From assembly GCA_001781125.1 (NCBI GenBank), contig MFKT01000029.1:68040-132039 (forward strand): a DNA stretch of 64,000 nucleotides, given 5' to 3'. The translations under genes were made by a program, and so were the position numbers. Below the pieces are notes generated by a model. It was not told where the DNA came from. It searched no databases and saw only the letters and a program-made list of their open reading frames with translations. This document shows positions 63,761 to 64,000 of the stretch, in pieces. Every line of letters starts with the position of its first letter. Position 1 is the first letter of the stretch. The DNA is from Candidatus Kaiserbacteria bacterium RIFCSPHIGHO2_01_FULL_53_29 (GTDB lineage Bacteria; Patescibacteriota; Minisyncoccia; Phycocordibacterales; UBA2100).

Positions 63761-64000
63761 GGGATAGACGATGGCACGCTCAAGGCAACACCAGCTCATC
63801 ACGGACCTTCTCGGGTGGACGTTCGTAGTCCTGCTAAGTGCATCCTTTTTCGCGATGGCGACTGAGATTGGCGGAGTTCTATCGCATGACATCGGAGAAT
63901 CGAAATGCTCGATTTTCTCGATGGGCGTAATGGAGGTGCGGATTTCGGGGGAAGAAGTCGTTCGTTATCCGTACGGTTTTGTCGTCGAATGTGACGGCAA
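63761..64000 (+). CDS. Hypothetical protein, 3' end beyond the window
   Basis: ATG preceded by aaaagggga. Open frame MARSRQHQLITDLLGWTFVVLLSASFFAMATEIGGVL... continues to the window edge without a stop. Confidence 0.35.

Overview
This 64 kb window is a gene-dense, about 55-60% GC bacterial chromosome segment. It spans the replication-origin neighbourhood (dnaN-dnaA on the minus strand, rpmH-rnpA-yidC-jag on the plus strand). Several proteins are compacted: YebC is 177 aa, PurA 344 aa and YidC 248 aa. There is a VirB4/VirB6 type IV secretion-like locus and a lamin-tail-domain surface protein. Together these suggest a Patescibacteria/CPR-like or similarly reduced genome; that lineage call is an inference, not a demonstrated result.

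Housekeeping genes called include ruvB (5' truncated at the window edge), yebC, ruvC, a class A PBP, an ECF sigma factor, rsmA, pcrA, purA, comM/yifB, pnp, rpsO, an FKBP PPIase, rarA, two Cys/Met-family PLP enzymes, xerC, xth, cca, HU, and four tRNAs (Arg-TCG, Gly-GCC, Pro-TGG, Gly-TCC). No ruvA is seen near ruvB or ruvC. Two toxin-antitoxin pairs (HicAB and RelE/DinJ-like) flank purA. A large minus-strand operon (about 13.6-27.1 kb) encodes a T4SS-like apparatus with several secreted or membrane proteins of unknown function.

The window is unusually rich in short repeat families:
- A perfect palindrome core (GGCGGATCCGCC, extended to 22-30 bp) is inserted in frame into at least five coding sequences (pcrA, purA, xerC twice, and one hypothetical). 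Each time it adds a G-G-S-A-S-G-G-like peptide, which recalls Rickettsia palindromic elements.
- Seven intergenic elements are built from paired inverted arrays of a GTAGCNN heptamer. One pair brackets a 23S-rRNA-IVS-type four-helix-bundle gene that sits inside the T4SS-like operon.
- Four elements with perfect 14-bp terminal inverted repeats (ACCCCGTTAGAnn) lie in the 5' regions of pcrA, xth, yraN and hup.
- Two paralogous HTH plus LAGLIDADG-like proteins each end with their stop codon inside a tRNA-Gly gene.
- tRNA-Pro is embedded in a 17-bp inverted repeat and followed by a partial duplicate of its own 3' half.
- A cluster of three tandem DnaA boxes lies about 46 kb from dnaA.

No CRISPR array and no rRNA gene were found.
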